NCBI GenBank assembly: GCA_964537835.1
Contig: CAZICS010000003.1
Location: forward strand, 7,163 to 71,162
Source: an uncultured archaeon
GTDB taxonomy: Archaea > Aenigmatarchaeota > Aenigmatarchaeia > CG10238-14 > SCSR01
Reading direction: 5' to 3'
DNA: 64,000 bases
In this document: piece by piece, positions 63,372 through 64,000 of the stretch
Position numbering within the stretch: the stretch's first letter is position 1
Layout: every line of letters starts with the position of its first letter
Translations under genes and position numbers: made by a program
The notes under the pieces: model-generated
Seen by the model: the letters and a program-made list of their open reading frames with translations, nothing else
Told to the model about the DNA's origin: nothing
Databases searched by the model: none

Positions 63372-64000
63372 TTAGCTTGTAGCTTCACTCACTTCCTCCT
63401 GTTTTTCTATTTCTTCTCCAGATTTAAATTCTTTTCCCTCCAAGCCTTTCTCCCAGAGCAGCTCTTTCGGCATCTCTTTCATAATTTCAACCTGAACTCC
63501 TACCACTCCAGGCTTGATCATGGCTTGAGCATAACCTTTATCGACCAAAGTTTCGGAATACTCGCCCGAATGAACTATAAAACCTTTTTTAAATTTTTGG
63601 AACCTTGACCTTTCCACGCCTGCAAGCTTTCCAGCAACCCTTATTTGCACCCCAATAGCACCAGCTTCCATAACCTTATTCAAATAATAATTTGCAACCT
63701 TCTTGTAATGGATACCCCTCTCCAAGGCTCTTGCAATCCTTTGAGCAACTATTTTTGCGTCCAGAAAAGGATTTTCAACTTCCTTAACATCCAGCATAGG
63801 ATTCTCAAAACCAAACTTTTGCTTGATTTCTTCAGCAATTTCCCTAATCTTTCTTCCAGACCTTCCTACTACTATCCCAGGTCTATGAGCATAAACTACA
63901 ATTCTAGTCCCCAGAGGAGTTCTTGAAATTTCCGTATGGCTGTAGCCAGCTTTTTCGAACTTTTTGGCTAGAAATTCCTCTACATCAGCCTTCTTTATCC
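63372..64000 (-). CDS. rps3: 30S ribosomal protein S3 (uS3), 5' end outside window
   Basis: The frame stays open upstream of the track Met to the window edge (...ISRTPLGTRIVVYAHRPGIVVGRSGRKIREI... KH domain). Confidence 0.9.
   Translation of the reverse strand, partial: IKKADVEEFLAKKFEKAGYSHTEISRTPLGTRIVVYAHRPGIVVGRSGRKIREIAEEIKQKFGFENPMLDVKEVENPFLDAKIVAQRIARALERGIHYKKVANYYLNKVMEAGAIGVQIRVAGKLAGVERSRFQKFKKGFIVHSGEYSETLVDKGYAQAMIKPGVVGVQVEIMKEMPKELLWEKGLEGKEFKSGEEIEKQEEVSEATS

Noticed and set aside
128-63926. Many track ORFs lying antisense to or inside better-supported genes. Examples: 128-445, 4026-4535, 7541-7837, 8337-8615, 8838-9173, 9601-9819, 10145-10333, 11084-11359, 13431-14060, 15349-15654, 22348-22617, 24927-25224, 31191-31666, 32478-32883, 34806-36964, 38272-38829, 41282-41611, 46523-46732, 51560-52064, 58387-59604, 60064-60854, 61436-61621, 62503-62766, 62873-63172, 63366-63926.
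   Set aside because: They overlap ORFs with clear family signatures or a better gene context. Their translations are low-complexity (F/L/S/K-rich), as expected for the reverse strand of AT-rich coding DNA.

Overview
AT-rich archaeal chromosome segment. Archaeal markers include TFB, aIF2-alpha, Nop10, Sec61-beta, L37e, S4e, Rpp29, aSUI1 and bulge-helix-bulge (BHB) tRNA introns. About 95 tightly packed protein genes lie on both strands, many with ATGA-type start/stop overlaps, plus 7 tRNA genes. I found no rRNA and no CRISPR array. Recognisable content:
- three aminoacyl-tRNA synthetases (Tyr, Leu and a long methanogen-type Ser);
- cbiMQO and an ABC-2 exporter;
- base-excision repair genes (Ogg-like, Nfo, Mpg);
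- dcd, tmk, IMPase and agmatinase-family genes;
- the right-edge ribosomal operon S3-L29-SUI1-Rpp29-(orphan)-S17-L14-L24-S4e-L5-(orphan)-S14.
The many small winged-helix proteins, orphan ORFs and bacterial-type genes (LD-carboxypeptidase, VanZ) suggest a small-genome uncultivated archaeon, DPANN-like. That is inference only.

The most unusual biology is in the tRNA genes between 39 and 57.5 kb.
1. tRNA-Lys(CUU) is split by an 839-nt canonical BHB intron that is filled by an HTH plus double-LAGLIDADG endonuclease gene.
2. Paralogous LAGLIDADG genes or remnants sit against three other tRNA genes. Two of them read antisense into the tRNA 3' end in the same register.
3. Three U34 tRNAs (Arg-UCU, Lys-UUU, Glu-UUC) share a modular about 35-nt intron. 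It has an anticodon-complementary segment followed by an invariant block that looks like a box D'/C' K-loop, in a register that points at wobble nucleotide 34.
4. Extra non-canonical inserts occur in the T arm of tRNA-Glu (clean BHB), after the anticodon stem of tRNA-Lys(UUU), and in the D loop of tRNA-Gly.

Other observations:
- a 14-bp palindrome, GTTAYAYRTRTAAC, recurs 10 times in intergenic gaps;
- a GC-rich island lies inside an ATPase/surface-protein module at the left edge;
- there are several frameshifted genes.

All coordinates, folds and family calls were made by eye from the sequence and the ORF track. No searches were run.
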